This document shows, one piece after another, positions 25,301 through 36,891 of a stretch of DNA of 64,000 nt. Every line of letters starts with the position of its first letter. The first letter of the stretch is position 1. The notes under the pieces were generated by a model. The model saw only the letters and a list, made by a program, of their open reading frames with translations, ran no database searches and had not been told where the DNA came from. The stretch is from Catajapyx aquilonaris (taxonomy: Eukaryota). Both the position numbers and the translations under genes were made by a program. The stretch spans positions 1 to 64,000 of the forward strand of contig KZ538222.1 of the NCBI GenBank assembly GCA_000934665.2, read 5' to 3'.

Positions 25301-28300
25301 TCTGATGGGAAAGCATGTTACAATATTTTCTTCAACAATGATATGGTTGGAAAAAGGACTGGACGATTTTTTGCTGGAATTGCAGAATTTGTCAGTGGAT
25401 TTAATTACAGTACCTCAGATACTAAGATCAAATTGGATCATACTCACCTGAGACGTCAATTTTCTACAGATTATTTCATTAGAATTTTTACTTCAGGATG
25501 TTACTATTATGATGACAATACAAACTCATGGAGCAGCTCTGGCATGAAAGTAAGTTAATTTCTCCAAAGTGTTCGTTAATGTGCATAACATGTTGCAATT
25601 TTCGCAGGTTATGAGATCGTCGTATTTGACAACGACTTGCGAAACTAATCATCTAACTTCTTTTGCCTCTGGATTCTTTGTTGAACCAAATACCGTTGAC
25701 TTCAATTATGTGTTTGCACATGCGAGTTTCACCGACAATCTAACAATTTATGTTTGCATAATTATTACATTGGCGTTATACATACTTATGCTGATTTGGG
25801 CCCGGAAGCAAGACAAGAAAGACGCTAAAAAGGTTGGTTATGATGGGGACAATTTCATCCACAGCTCACCCATCTTGCTATATTTCCAGCTTGTTTGTCA
25901 ACTTTTGCCTGATAACAATCCAAAGGACACTTATTTGTATGAGATGTTAGTTTGTACTGGTAACGCAAGTGATGCTGCAACAAGTTCTAAAATTTCGGTA
26001 GGCCTATGTCTTGCCATATCAAAACGTCAGACCTGCTTTGACCAATCATGCTTTGTTGTGCAGTTTATTCTGAGTGGTGAACTTGACGAGACTGAAGTAC
26101 GGACCTTCGGAAAACCAAGCAGCAATCTTTTTAGAAAGGGAGGAGCTGACCAATTCATTCTCTCTGTTCCAAGGTTAGCTAATTTTCTCAGTTCAGCATA
26201 AATAATATTCTAACTATAATATTATTTGCATCTTCAGGCCATTGGGGAGCCTTAATTATTTACACATATGGCACGATAACAGTGGAAAAGGCTGTCATGG
26301 ATCATGGTTTCTGAATCTCGTAGTTGTCAAAGACCTACAAACAGGAGAAACTTTTGAGTTTATAGCAGATTCATGGTTTGCAGTAGAGAAAGGCGACGGA
26401 GCAGTGAGTGCTTATTTTTAAAGTCTAAAATTATATTGTTAAATTGACGTTTTCTTTCAGATAAGCCGAGTTCTGCCAGTAGCCAGCATAGAACTGAAAG
26501 ATGACTTTGCATACTTGTTTCACAGCAATTCTCAAAAGAATTTACGTGATGGTCACCTTTGGTTCTCTGTATTTCTTCGTCCACCCAAAAGTCGGTTTAC
26601 ACGTGTACAGCGTGTATCGACGTGTGTATCTCTTATGTATCTTTCTATGCTAACTAACGCCATGTGGTATGACCGTACAAAAAGTGACCCTAAAGCGAGT
26701 GTTACGTCATTTGGACCATTTTCACTTTCACTTGAGCAGGTAAGGAGATGTAATCATATCATGAACAGCAAGTATAAAATACAGTATTTATGTACCGGTA
26801 CCACTTACCACGTACAGGTCGGCGTTGGATTATTATCAAGTATCATCATGTTTCTTCCGTCCCTTGCGATTGTTACGTTATTCAGAAAGTCCCGTCCGTA
26901 TAGGCTGCGTCCAAATCGTATTGCAAAAGCAGTCCATGAATCAGGTTTGCCAGGGTATTAGTTGTTACAGTGCACAAAAACACCATGCCATGCTATAAAT
27001 ATTATGAAATGTGCCTAATTTCTATTTTATTTTACAGAATGGCAGTTCCAAGGAACAGACACACAACATGGAACTAAAATTATTGGTCAAACGGACTCAA
27101 AACGCAACAGGTCAGGTCCAAATTAGTAAAGGCCCGTTTACACAAGGCCGCTGATAGCAAAATAATATAAGCTGTGGAGATCGCCCCGCCTCAGCACTCT
27201 GACTGGCTTATGTTTTGCTGTCAGCGGCCTCGGGTAAATGGGCCTTAACTTCATCATCACACAGTACACAAAGTTATATTTTGGCTTCTCATTTTAGGAA
27301 ACCAAGGTGTAGCTTACCATGGCCATTTCAATATGTAGCTTGGTTATTGGTGCTTTTGTGCATATGCGTTTCAATTTTTTTCTTGTGGAGCTACGGGATT
27401 CAATTTGGCAATGAGAAGATAAGGAAATGGCTGACTTCATTTTTAGTATCCCTGATGTCATCGGTTTTTTTGACAGAACCAATAAAGGTAATTTAATTTT
27501 CACAGGTTCACTGTATTGTGCACACTGATTTCCGCTGATTTCCGTGTATAAATGGAAATAGACTTACACTGGGTTATCGTCCATGACGAGCGAGTTAGTT
27601 TTAGTTAGTTAGACAATGTAGTAGTAGTAGTAGTATGGAGTGAAGAATATTTTTTGCAAAAGGAATAGTAAAACTATTGGCTATAAGCTTAAGACCTTAA
27701 GTGATTATTATCTCTTAAAGTGTTTGTTTCTACTTTTGTCAGGTGATACTTGCAGCCGTCATTTTCAGTCTCACTTGCAAATCAAATGGAAACCGTGTAG
27801 GTGACGATGACGCTGACTGCGATGAAGAAAATTTCACATTAGTTAAAAACAATCGTCAGAAACCTCCAGGTATGGTAATCATTTTGCAGATGATGATGGT
27901 TAACACCACCACTACCACCACCAATGACAACAACATGAATAATTAATAATGATATTAACATTAATAATTGACAGGCTTTCTGAATGTACGGCATGCACAT
28001 AAACCTACACAATCACAGAATGCCAGTATAAATCGCGATGCCAGAAGTGCCAGATTAAAGGAGATAAAAATGTGGTGGGTACCGATCATAACTTTAATGA
28101 ACAATACATGCAAACAAATTAATACTTCCATTGTTACATTATGTTAATTTTGAACTTTTTTAAAGGGAATTTGGCAATGAAATTGCAGCATATTCAGTGT
28201 TTCTGCTTGTTATCGTAATTTTATCATACGGTAATCGAGATCCTAACGGATATTATCTGCAGAAATGCCTCCGTGAGAGCTTCGTGGATCGACATAGATT

Positions 28301-31300
28301 TGCAAAAGTGAGTTGCTGCTTTGTAACCAGTACAGTGTGGAGTACAATGAATATGGTACATTCTTAGTTAGAATATGTGACTGAGGTGAAACCTGTATGA
28401 ATGCATGATTAACAGGTGAATAACACGAACGACTTGTGGCACTGGATACACAAAGCCGTCATCTCAGAGCTACACACACAAGCTTGGTATAATGCAGAGC
28501 AACCTTATGGCCTTGGGGGATTTTTGAACGACAAAGTTAACCGGCTCCTTGGGTATGGTGTCATTCGTCAGGTGCGGGTCAAGGCAAGCACTTGCAAGTA
28601 AGTTCTTAAAAAATTACAGCACTTTGCACGCTCCAGTAATTATTACTTATTAGTTATTACTTATTGAGTTACGGTTTTCTTTGCCAGGGCTCCTTCTTCT
28701 ATGACCCATTTTGGGACTAAATGTGCTGCCTACAGTCGCATAGTAAATGAAGACACACTTGATTATTGTGTTCGTTGGCAGTTTCCCAACAAGACAAGAC
28801 AATATAACTCAGAATGTTACTGGGAATCATTTAGGTGAGGCGATTATAGCGCATTTTTAATGGTTCCAAATGCTAAAAAGCTGGCCAATATCAATAAATA
28901 ATTGTCTTTTGTTGTGAGGGTAGTGCTTCACCTTAACGGTATCTTGCACTCAATCAATAAATAAAAATTGGGAAACAGTTTAATTCCTTCCTGGGTGAAG
29001 GTTATAATACTTTTTACTATTTTCTGATAAGTCATTAATGTATATTTTAGCTATTTTTATTTATTCATTTATTTATTTTATTTATTTAGCTACCCTGTTT
29101 CAGGGCAGGGCCCTCTTGGGGGGACACAACTCTCAGATACAGATAATCACCCATGTAGCAGTACTCTTAAAAATAAATCCTTTTCCCCACATTATCAAAA
29201 AAATTAAATAGACAGTATGCCACCTCTTTTGGCAGGTTCCCAAATAATAGGTGGGTCTTATCAGCGGGAAAAACCCTCAGATCTGACACAAAATTCTTCC
29301 TGGGCGTAATAAAGAAAGGGCAATTGTACAAGACATGATGCAATGAGAAAGTCTCGTGAGAGTTACACCAAGTACAGGGAAGTGTATCATTGAAAACAAT
29401 TTTCTGGCCGCGTATACAGGGTGGACAAACTTCAAGTGTCGTTTTATAACGGCGGCGATTAATAGCAGTGATTTTGCGATGACGTAGCAGCGACGTGTAA
29501 AATGTCCCACTTCGGCGCCATCGAAGTGGGCCATTTTACACGTCGCTTCTACGTCAATCGTAAAGCACTTCTATTAATAGCCCATATAAAACGACACTTG
29601 AAGTTGGTCCACCCTGTATATATTGAGGGGGATTGGTTTCTGAGGTTGGCCATCAGCCTTGTGATAGGCAGTGGTAAACAAAAGGCCAAATACCAAGGCG
29701 GAGAAGATTCCGGGACGAATATATTTTAGCTATTTAAGTACACGATTCACATTATTTTCCTAAACAGTGATGCAATAAGTAGAAACTACCTCAATTCTTC
29801 ATTGCCCTTAGTTATTGCATTTTACTATATTAGTTTAATACAGGGTCATCGAAAAAGAGTGTCCCAATTTGAAAACCCTATATCTCGGAAACATGTAGAC
29901 ATATCTGAAGATTTAAGTTTTGAAATGCTAATGCCCGATGGCACCAACCGAAATTACCAATCCGATAGCTCCTAATTGATCGTTATAGGAGCCCTTTTAA
30001 CATGTGCTAACGATCCGTTAGGTGCCATCGAATCGGTAATTTCGTTAGTGCAACCGGGCATAAGAAAGGTCTAAAGTTTTTATCTCACCTTAGTTTGTTT
30101 CGATATGAGCTTCATGTGTCGCTCGGAAGATTTAAAAGGCGGTAATCGGTGTTGTGCCAAACCCTCTCAATCATATCTGGAGTTACCGTTGCAATCCTAT
30201 CCCGTAGGTGCTGGATATCTTGGGTCTTTACACGACACACATTGTTCTTGATGATTCATATAAAAAGTCACCTCATCCATGAACAAACCTGTTGTAAGAA
30301 AGTTTCATTTGTTCAGCCTCCCAGTGTGCGAAGTATTTAATGAGAAGTTTCGCCATGCCTAGCCCCTCCAGAAGCCCAGCTCTTACCCCGATTGACTTTT
30401 TGTGTGGAGACACAATCATATGTATGGTGAAAAGATCCGGCATGCCGCAGCATTACTAGCACCTATGAGATAAGATTGCAACGGTAACACCAGACATGCC
30501 TGAGCAGGTTAGGCAAGACACAGATTACCGTATTTAAATTTTCTGAGTGACATGTGGAGCTCATATCGAAACAAATTATGGCAAGGCCAAAACTTGAGAC
30601 ACTTCTGATCATTTCAAAACTTAAAACATTAACATATGTCTACAAGTTTTCGAGTTATAATCGAGTTTTCAAATTGGGACATTCTTTTTCATTGCTGACC
30701 CTGTATAGCTTTCAATACTTTACGACAAGCAGTGAACCTTCTGATTTGCAGTATTGGTATGAATAAGACCTACTGGAAAGATTGGCCACATTTCTTTGAA
30801 GGGCACACCTGATTATGATTTCTCATAATTGTCCGTAATCAGTTTTCTTAAGGAAGCATTTGAGTTTATTCATGATTTTGTGCTACTACATGACAGAGTG
30901 CAGCTCACTAAATTGTGCAAGTGGTCAACCGCCTGGAAAAACCGATACGTACACATGTGCCGAACTGACAGAGGGAGGCATAATTATCTGTCAGTAATGG
31001 ATAACGCATTATTTTGGGAAAATCACTGGTACATCAATGTGGCTGTTCAAAAAATATATTGAGGTTCTCAAATTGGCAAGGATGTAGTGTGTAGGGTGCA
31101 AATTTTCTCAGACAAAATGGCATAATACTCTTCAATTAATAATGATGTCCATTATACTTGCTGTGATGTCATGTTGGTATCATATTTTGCAAACACCCTG
31201 CAGACTCTATTGATGTGCTCTGTTGATTGATTTTTAGTAAGCTTCATTTGGATAATTTTACTTTAACAATTGAAGGGGTCGGTGCAATACTGCCCTAACC

Positions 31301-32559
31301 CTCCCAAACCTGATTTCGAGAAAAACGCATTTGAAAGGTTGAGATGACCCATAAATCACATTTTCCATGGGACAATTTTCATTTCTACCCCAATATACAA
31401 GGCACTAATAAGGAACATTTACGTGCTATTATGATGATGATGATGCACCACCCACTCTAAGAATGAACAAAATAAGGTGGCCGCGTGTGAAAAAAAGGGT
31501 TAGGGCAGTATTGCATCCAACTTGTAATGCGAACTAAATTGGTCAAGAACGTATCACAAGTTAGTTTAATGTTCATATAAATGATATCAAATGAACTGTC
31601 GTGAGATGAGGAACATTTTGGTGGCAACTGGTTTAACCTAGAGTGTAAAATAAAAATGTTAAAAAAATCGCATTATTGAGCAAAACGGACACATTTCATA
31701 TTGTCCAATGTCATGGTTAAACACACGCTAAGGGTGTGGAATTAATATGGTAGGTATACATTGTCATTTGATCATTACTATACTGTTGAAGGACAACATC
31801 ACAGGTCAAGCAGTCTTGGAAATAAAACTTCTGAAATGTCTGTTTTCCACTAATTTGGTCATCTTTGGGGTCATTTTTCTCAGTGTGGGGCTGGGTCAAT
31901 TTTTAAGTTATCGCAGAAACGTCTTTTCATGCATAACACAGCGGTATAAGAACTGTTCACTTACCATGAATGGTTCACTCGAAACATCAAATAACGTGGA
32001 GTAGCCTATAGAGGGCTTTTTCCGACATTTCAGATTTATTATCTCCAAGTCTGCTTTACCTTGATGTTGTCCTGCAGTAGTAATGACTACTGATGATCAG
32101 ATGACAATGTACCTACCATATTAATTCCACACGCTTAGCATGTTTTGACCTTCAGTAGGCCACGGATCCTACTCAGGACCCCAGAAACCCAAATCAACTG
32201 TCACAATGTATTTAACAATGACATTGGACCATATGAAATGTGTCCGTTTTGCACAATAATGCGTTTTTTTTTAGCATTTTAATTTTACAATCTAGGCTAA
32301 CCCGTTGCCACCAAAATGTTCCTCATCTTACGTCAGTTCATTTGATATAATATGAACATGAGGGTACAACAATAACTTCACCTGAATAATGGTCCTTCCG
32401 GCTCCGTTGTTGCTGAAAGACGTTGCCATATCTCTGTGGGATTTTCACCTGGGAGACTCTTAACTTTATTTTTGGCAACACTTCAATGATTTTTATATCA
32501 AATTATGAGATGGTCGAGCCACCAAGTTGTCTGTCTTGACATGGAATGACCCATCTACG

Positions 32560-32616
<57 letters not shown>

Positions 32617-35600
32617 TTGCTGCAATGGACTACTACTTTGCACATCATCATTATCAGGATCGAACTCTGAATCTTAGGTACTCTCATCCACATCGGTGTC
32701 ATCAGGCAAAAGCTCACTATTTAAGCCCAACTGGTGAGACACAGCTGCTCGCAGCTGCATCCTGCGCGCTGCAATATTTGAAGACGGAGGGTTAGGGCGG
32801 TTTTGCTGCAGAAAAGGCATTCATAACCTTGCAGCAATAAAAACATTGTTTGATTTCTCACTGACAAATGGCAGAAACTGGACAATCTCAGTGTACTTTA
32901 TTAGATATTTGAGTGTAGTATATGGAAGTGCGCGAAACTCAATTTGTGTCATTTGGTGGGTTAGGGCAGTATTGCACCGACCCCTTCAATTTCTCAGTGA
33001 TTGTTGTCATGAAGACAGTACCCTACTAAAATAGCAAAAAGGCAGAGCTTCTGTAAATGATATGAAATAGGCTGTATTTATCGTATGAGCAAGAAAAATG
33101 GTTCCACGTGTAGGCTAGATAAGTTATTGTTATCATTAAAATTGTTGCGAAAAATTTGTGATATTGGGCCAGCTTTTTCAGGATTTACGTAATTCAGGTT
33201 TTTAAAATGAGGTGTCACCATCAGATACAAGACAGCTGAAGAATTGGAAGGATATCCTCTGGTAGGACACATAGATGCTTACAGTGGTGGAGGATACGTC
33301 GTACCTCTGCGAGGAAGGCAGGAGGAATTGAAGATGCAGCTCAAAAACCTTCAAGCTTATGGTTGGATAGACAGTCGCACTCGGGCTATTATTTTAGAAT
33401 TTTCTACTTACAATTCTCAGGTACAGTATATACTTGTACACCCATAAAAAAATGGCTTGCTATGCGAAAGGTCCCGGGTTCAAATCCCCACCCGGAAACA
33501 AACCTTTCACTTGCATCAATTGGTCGTGACCCGCGCCTAAGGAGGCGTCTTGGCAACCTGACCTCCTGGGGGACTGCACCTGGCCCACCGCTGGACAATG
33601 CACCTGCGTCCCCTCCCCAAATCCCCAACCCTTACCCTATTTCCTAGTACTTCTTGCACCAGTGATTCGAAGTAAAAACAATTAGAAAACTGTATGGTGG
33701 TCTGCCACCCCCCTATAACGACCAAGTAGTTGTATCACGGGGTATTTTTTGTTTGTTTTTTTGTTTTGATTTTTGTTTTGAAAAAGCTCAACCTACTTCT
33801 GTCAACTTCACCTGTTTCAGTATAATAATAGTAACAAGATAATTTTGCGTAATTTTGGGGTTAACATTAATGAATGCTTGCAAAAATAGGGATGACATGA
33901 TGAAATGCATTTTTACTATGGCTATTGATATTTCAGGTAAATCTCTTCGGAATAGCTACAATGATGGCAGAGTTCCTCCCTGGCGGTGGGGTACATCCAT
34001 TTTGGCGCTTCGATGCAGTGCACCTCTTTCATTATAATGAGGGCTTCGGTCTCGTCCTTCTCATTTGCGAGTTCGCTTTCGTCTTGTTCATTTTTTATTA
34101 TACCTACCGTGAGGTTTCGAACATTCGCAAACTGAGGAAACAATACTTCTTTGACTACTGGAACTTCGCAGAACTATTTTTCTTAGCAATTTCATATGTC
34201 ACGTTTGTTGTCTATATTTGGCGTTACTTTGCGACCCGAGCTGTTACTGAGACATTTTCTCGGACACATGGAAATGGTTATATTAAACTTCAATTTACTG
34301 GGCTGCTGGACGATATATTCGGCTACCTGATAGCTTTTATCATGTTTATATCGCTTCTCAAATTCAACAAGTTGTTTCGCTTTAATAAGAGAATGGGCAT
34401 TTTGGGTCACACACTTCGAAAATGTTGGGATGATTTGCTTGGGTTCTTCGTGGTATTTTCCATCCTTTTCATCACTTATGTTCAGTTCTTTTACTTGCTT
34501 CTTAATGACGACATGGAAGAATATTCTAATTTTATATCGGCGCTAGAGACATGCTTTACGGCCATGCTAGCCAAATTTGACTTCGAGGACATGCAGCGTA
34601 CTTCTACAATGGCTGCCGTTGTTATATTCTTCTTCACGTTAACCACCACCTACTTTATGATCAGCATTCTTCTGATTATTATAATAAATTCTTTTGAGAA
34701 GGTAAGTGTGCTCAAGTATGTCTGAATTACTACATTGTGTAATGTGGACAATATGTGTGGCTTTATGCAGGTGAAGCGTGACATTTCCAGCCACCCCAAC
34801 GAGTATGAGATCATTTCTTTCATGACAGAACGATTCAAACGCTTTCTGGGATTGAAACGCAGAAATGCAACTGTTCATCCCGCTGGCAATGGCGAGTGTG
34901 TTGCCAAAACATTGGAAAACGACGAACAGGTGAGAAAATAATGAAATAGTGTGTCTGGTTGTAGTGTACTATGGGCGCCAAAAGAATTGACCGGAGTTGA
35001 TGGGTATATGGTGCTATATACCCATCAAATCCGGTCAATTCTTTTGGCGCCCATAGTACATGTCTTGTTCAAATTATTTCTGCAGTTTTTCCCTAAGCAA
35101 TTACACTGCCATAACATTCCATTTAAAAAACACCCTGTCAAGTGTGCTTCCCTCCGAGCGAAAATTGGGTTGTCGCCCTTTAATTTTAATTGAGAACGCA
35201 TTAGTGTAGTGTGTATAATATGTAGAAGGCAGTTCATCGGTCGAGTGGACCCGATGGCAGAGGAGGTGGGGGAGGGAAAAAGGTGGGACGGTGCATAGAG
35301 GCTCCTTCCACCAAGGACTTGGATTAGTTACGGGAGTACACATATTCCCTGCTGGCGTAGACTTGGGAAACAGTGGTTACTGAAGCATGCGTGTGTAGTG
35401 CACCCACTGAAATCGTAACTTTCTTTCTTGCGACAGATATCTCAACTACCTAATAAAGTGGATGCATTTTTGGAACACGTGAACAACATCTACTTTGATG
35501 GGATGTTGGATTTGAATGGAAAAGAGGCCCTAAAACACATGTATCGCGAAAAACATCACAGGCCCATCTTCAGTGCTGGTGATGGAGGCAACAGTAGTGT

Positions 35601-35691
35601 AGCCCAACGACCATTGCGCCACCGCCAATCAGCCTCCACGTTTATACAAAGGGGAAGCACCCCATTCCCTCATAGTAATTCTACACAATAA
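19387..35691 (+). CDS. polycystin-1-family (PKD1/REJ-like) receptor-channel, ~2,620 aa, 29 exons found (start exon uncertain)
   Basis: Phase-consistent exons: 19387-19597, 19678-19832 (WSC: C..C...CLC...C...CGG...SVY), 19926-20052 (PKD: NFGDGS..Y..PG.Y), 20132-20323, 20420-20586, 21132-21334, 21430-21577, 21651-21837 (DWGDG), 22221-22412, 22484-22760, 22824-22987, 23055-25549 (REJ/GAIN), 25608-25832 (GPS HL^TSF, TM1), 25890-25997, 26064-26173, 26238-26403 (PLAT, WHDNSG), 26461-26739, 26818-26944, 27038-27110, 27298-27487, 27743-27869, 27975-28074, 28166-28307, 28416-28597, 28688-28834, 33225-33420 (YSGGGY, WIDSRTRA), 33937-34701 (channel TMs), 34771-34929, 35437-35691. Sum 7,869 nt = 2,623 codons. 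Confidence 0.93.
21968..22083. mobile_element. hairpin MITE of unclear superfamily
   Basis: GGGTGGAATTTTGCCCCACTGCTAGTTACTGCTAACTTAGCAGTA with its inverse at the other end; ATC on both flanks. Confidence 0.65.
27130..27245. mobile_element. PIF/Harbinger-type MITE
   Basis: TAA-AGGCCCGTTTAC...GTAAATGGGCCT-TAA. Confidence 0.8.
29417..29616. mobile_element. fully palindromic Tc1/mariner-type MITE
   Basis: TA-CAGGGTGGAC...GTCCACCCTG-TA; ~95-bp arms around a GCGCCA loop. Confidence 0.85.
29841..30703. mobile_element. fold-back Tc1-like element with a nested Harbinger MITE (29932-30060, TAA TSD)
   Basis: TA-CAGGGTCA...TGACCCTG-TA; 30095-30215 is an inverted copy of 30455-30575. Confidence 0.8.
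31272..32987. mobile_element. Sola-like DNA transposon derivative containing a long-IR element (~31570-32360)
   Basis: 29-bp TIR GAAGGGGTCGGTGCAATACTGCCCTAACC; AATT TSD; internal inverted arms at 31570-31785 and 32075-32360. Confidence 0.7.
33453..33745 (+). mobile_element. SINE family C-related, 5'-truncated
   Basis: GGCTTGCTATGCGAAAGGTCCCGGGTTCAAATCCC; GGCAACCTGACCTCCTGGGG; ends TATCACGGGGTA. Confidence 0.75.
34969..35056. mobile_element. palindromic MITE
   Basis: TGTA-CTATGGGCGCCAAAAGAATTGACCGGA...TCCGGTCAATTCTTTTGGCGCCCATAG-TACA; near-perfect hairpin. Confidence 0.8.
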
Positions 35692-36288
35692 TCATTCACG
35701 ACTACAGAGAAAGATGTTTTGCGGACAGCACCAAGTTGTTACCTGTTTGCTTGCTTGTTATGAGTAGTAATGATTGTGTACGCATGAGTGTATCGCACTG
35801 AAATACTAAAATTATTATTGTATCGTGAATTGCATACATTGACGCCTTGTGTGTCTCCAACACTGGTTTAATGGAAGTTATAATCAAATCGAGATTAAAT
35901 AAATTGCAGCATTTTTCCTTCAGTGACATTGCTGGTAATTATTGGGAAAAAAAGTGCCAATGCTTTTGACATTCCTGTCAGGGCTAAACACAGTTTACGT
36001 AAAATGCAACCTCGCAACCAGCAGGTAATCAAAGTGCCTCAGTATCATCATGCATATCTGCTATTCTCAGAGTCGGATTTAGGTGTTTGATGCACTGCGT
36101 AACCTGCCGTACCCCACCCCACCCCTTTCCAGTGACATTATACAGCAGTCCTACGTGAATTGCACAACATTTGAAATAGCAGCCTACTGTACGAAGTAAG
36201 GTGACTAAGGGTCCCATTAATTTAATTTAATTTATATTTTTTGCTCTGGGGAGCCTGACCTATTTTCCTCATCACATGTTTCTATGTA

Positions 36289-36429
36289 TCATCAGTCCAA
36301 AAAGAACTGTCCCAGTCATCCTGACGTGTGGGCTGGCCGCTCGACACACACCATGTAAGTTACATGGTGTGTGTGGAGCGGGCAGCACACACATCAGGAT
36401 GACTGGGACAGTTCTTTTTGGACTGATGA
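36289..36429. mobile_element. palindromic MITE
   Basis: TGTA-TCATCAGTCCAAAAAGAACTGTCCCAGTCATCCTGA...inverse-TACA. Confidence 0.8.
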
Positions 36430-36891
36430 TACAGTATCAGCCACACCACTCTGGCCACATGATGACACAAATATTCATGCAGGGTGGATACAAGATTGTC
36501 TTCCTTGTAGAATCAGATTCCTCTCAAGTGCAGTATCGATATTCATGTAGTCTACCGTAAACAATATCGATATTTACACATTAAAACAGGTTGTTCCAAG
36601 TTTGTGGGGTCTTTTCGGAGATATGTAATATGGCTCAAATTATTTTCTCACACTGAGGGTTGTCCAGCAACAGAAATTGGTCCCTTACAAATAATTTTTG
36701 TAAAACCCAGATATTCTGCTACCTACAGGCTGCACTCTTACTATACACAGTAGGAGGAGAAAGAGTGGTGGTATATCCAGGTATCTCTGAATGTTTATTT
36801 CTACAGCCTGGGGGATTGGATGGATGACAGTTGGTAATATATTATTCTGGACAATTTATACTGGGGGAGTGGTAGGACATGCACTTAACAG

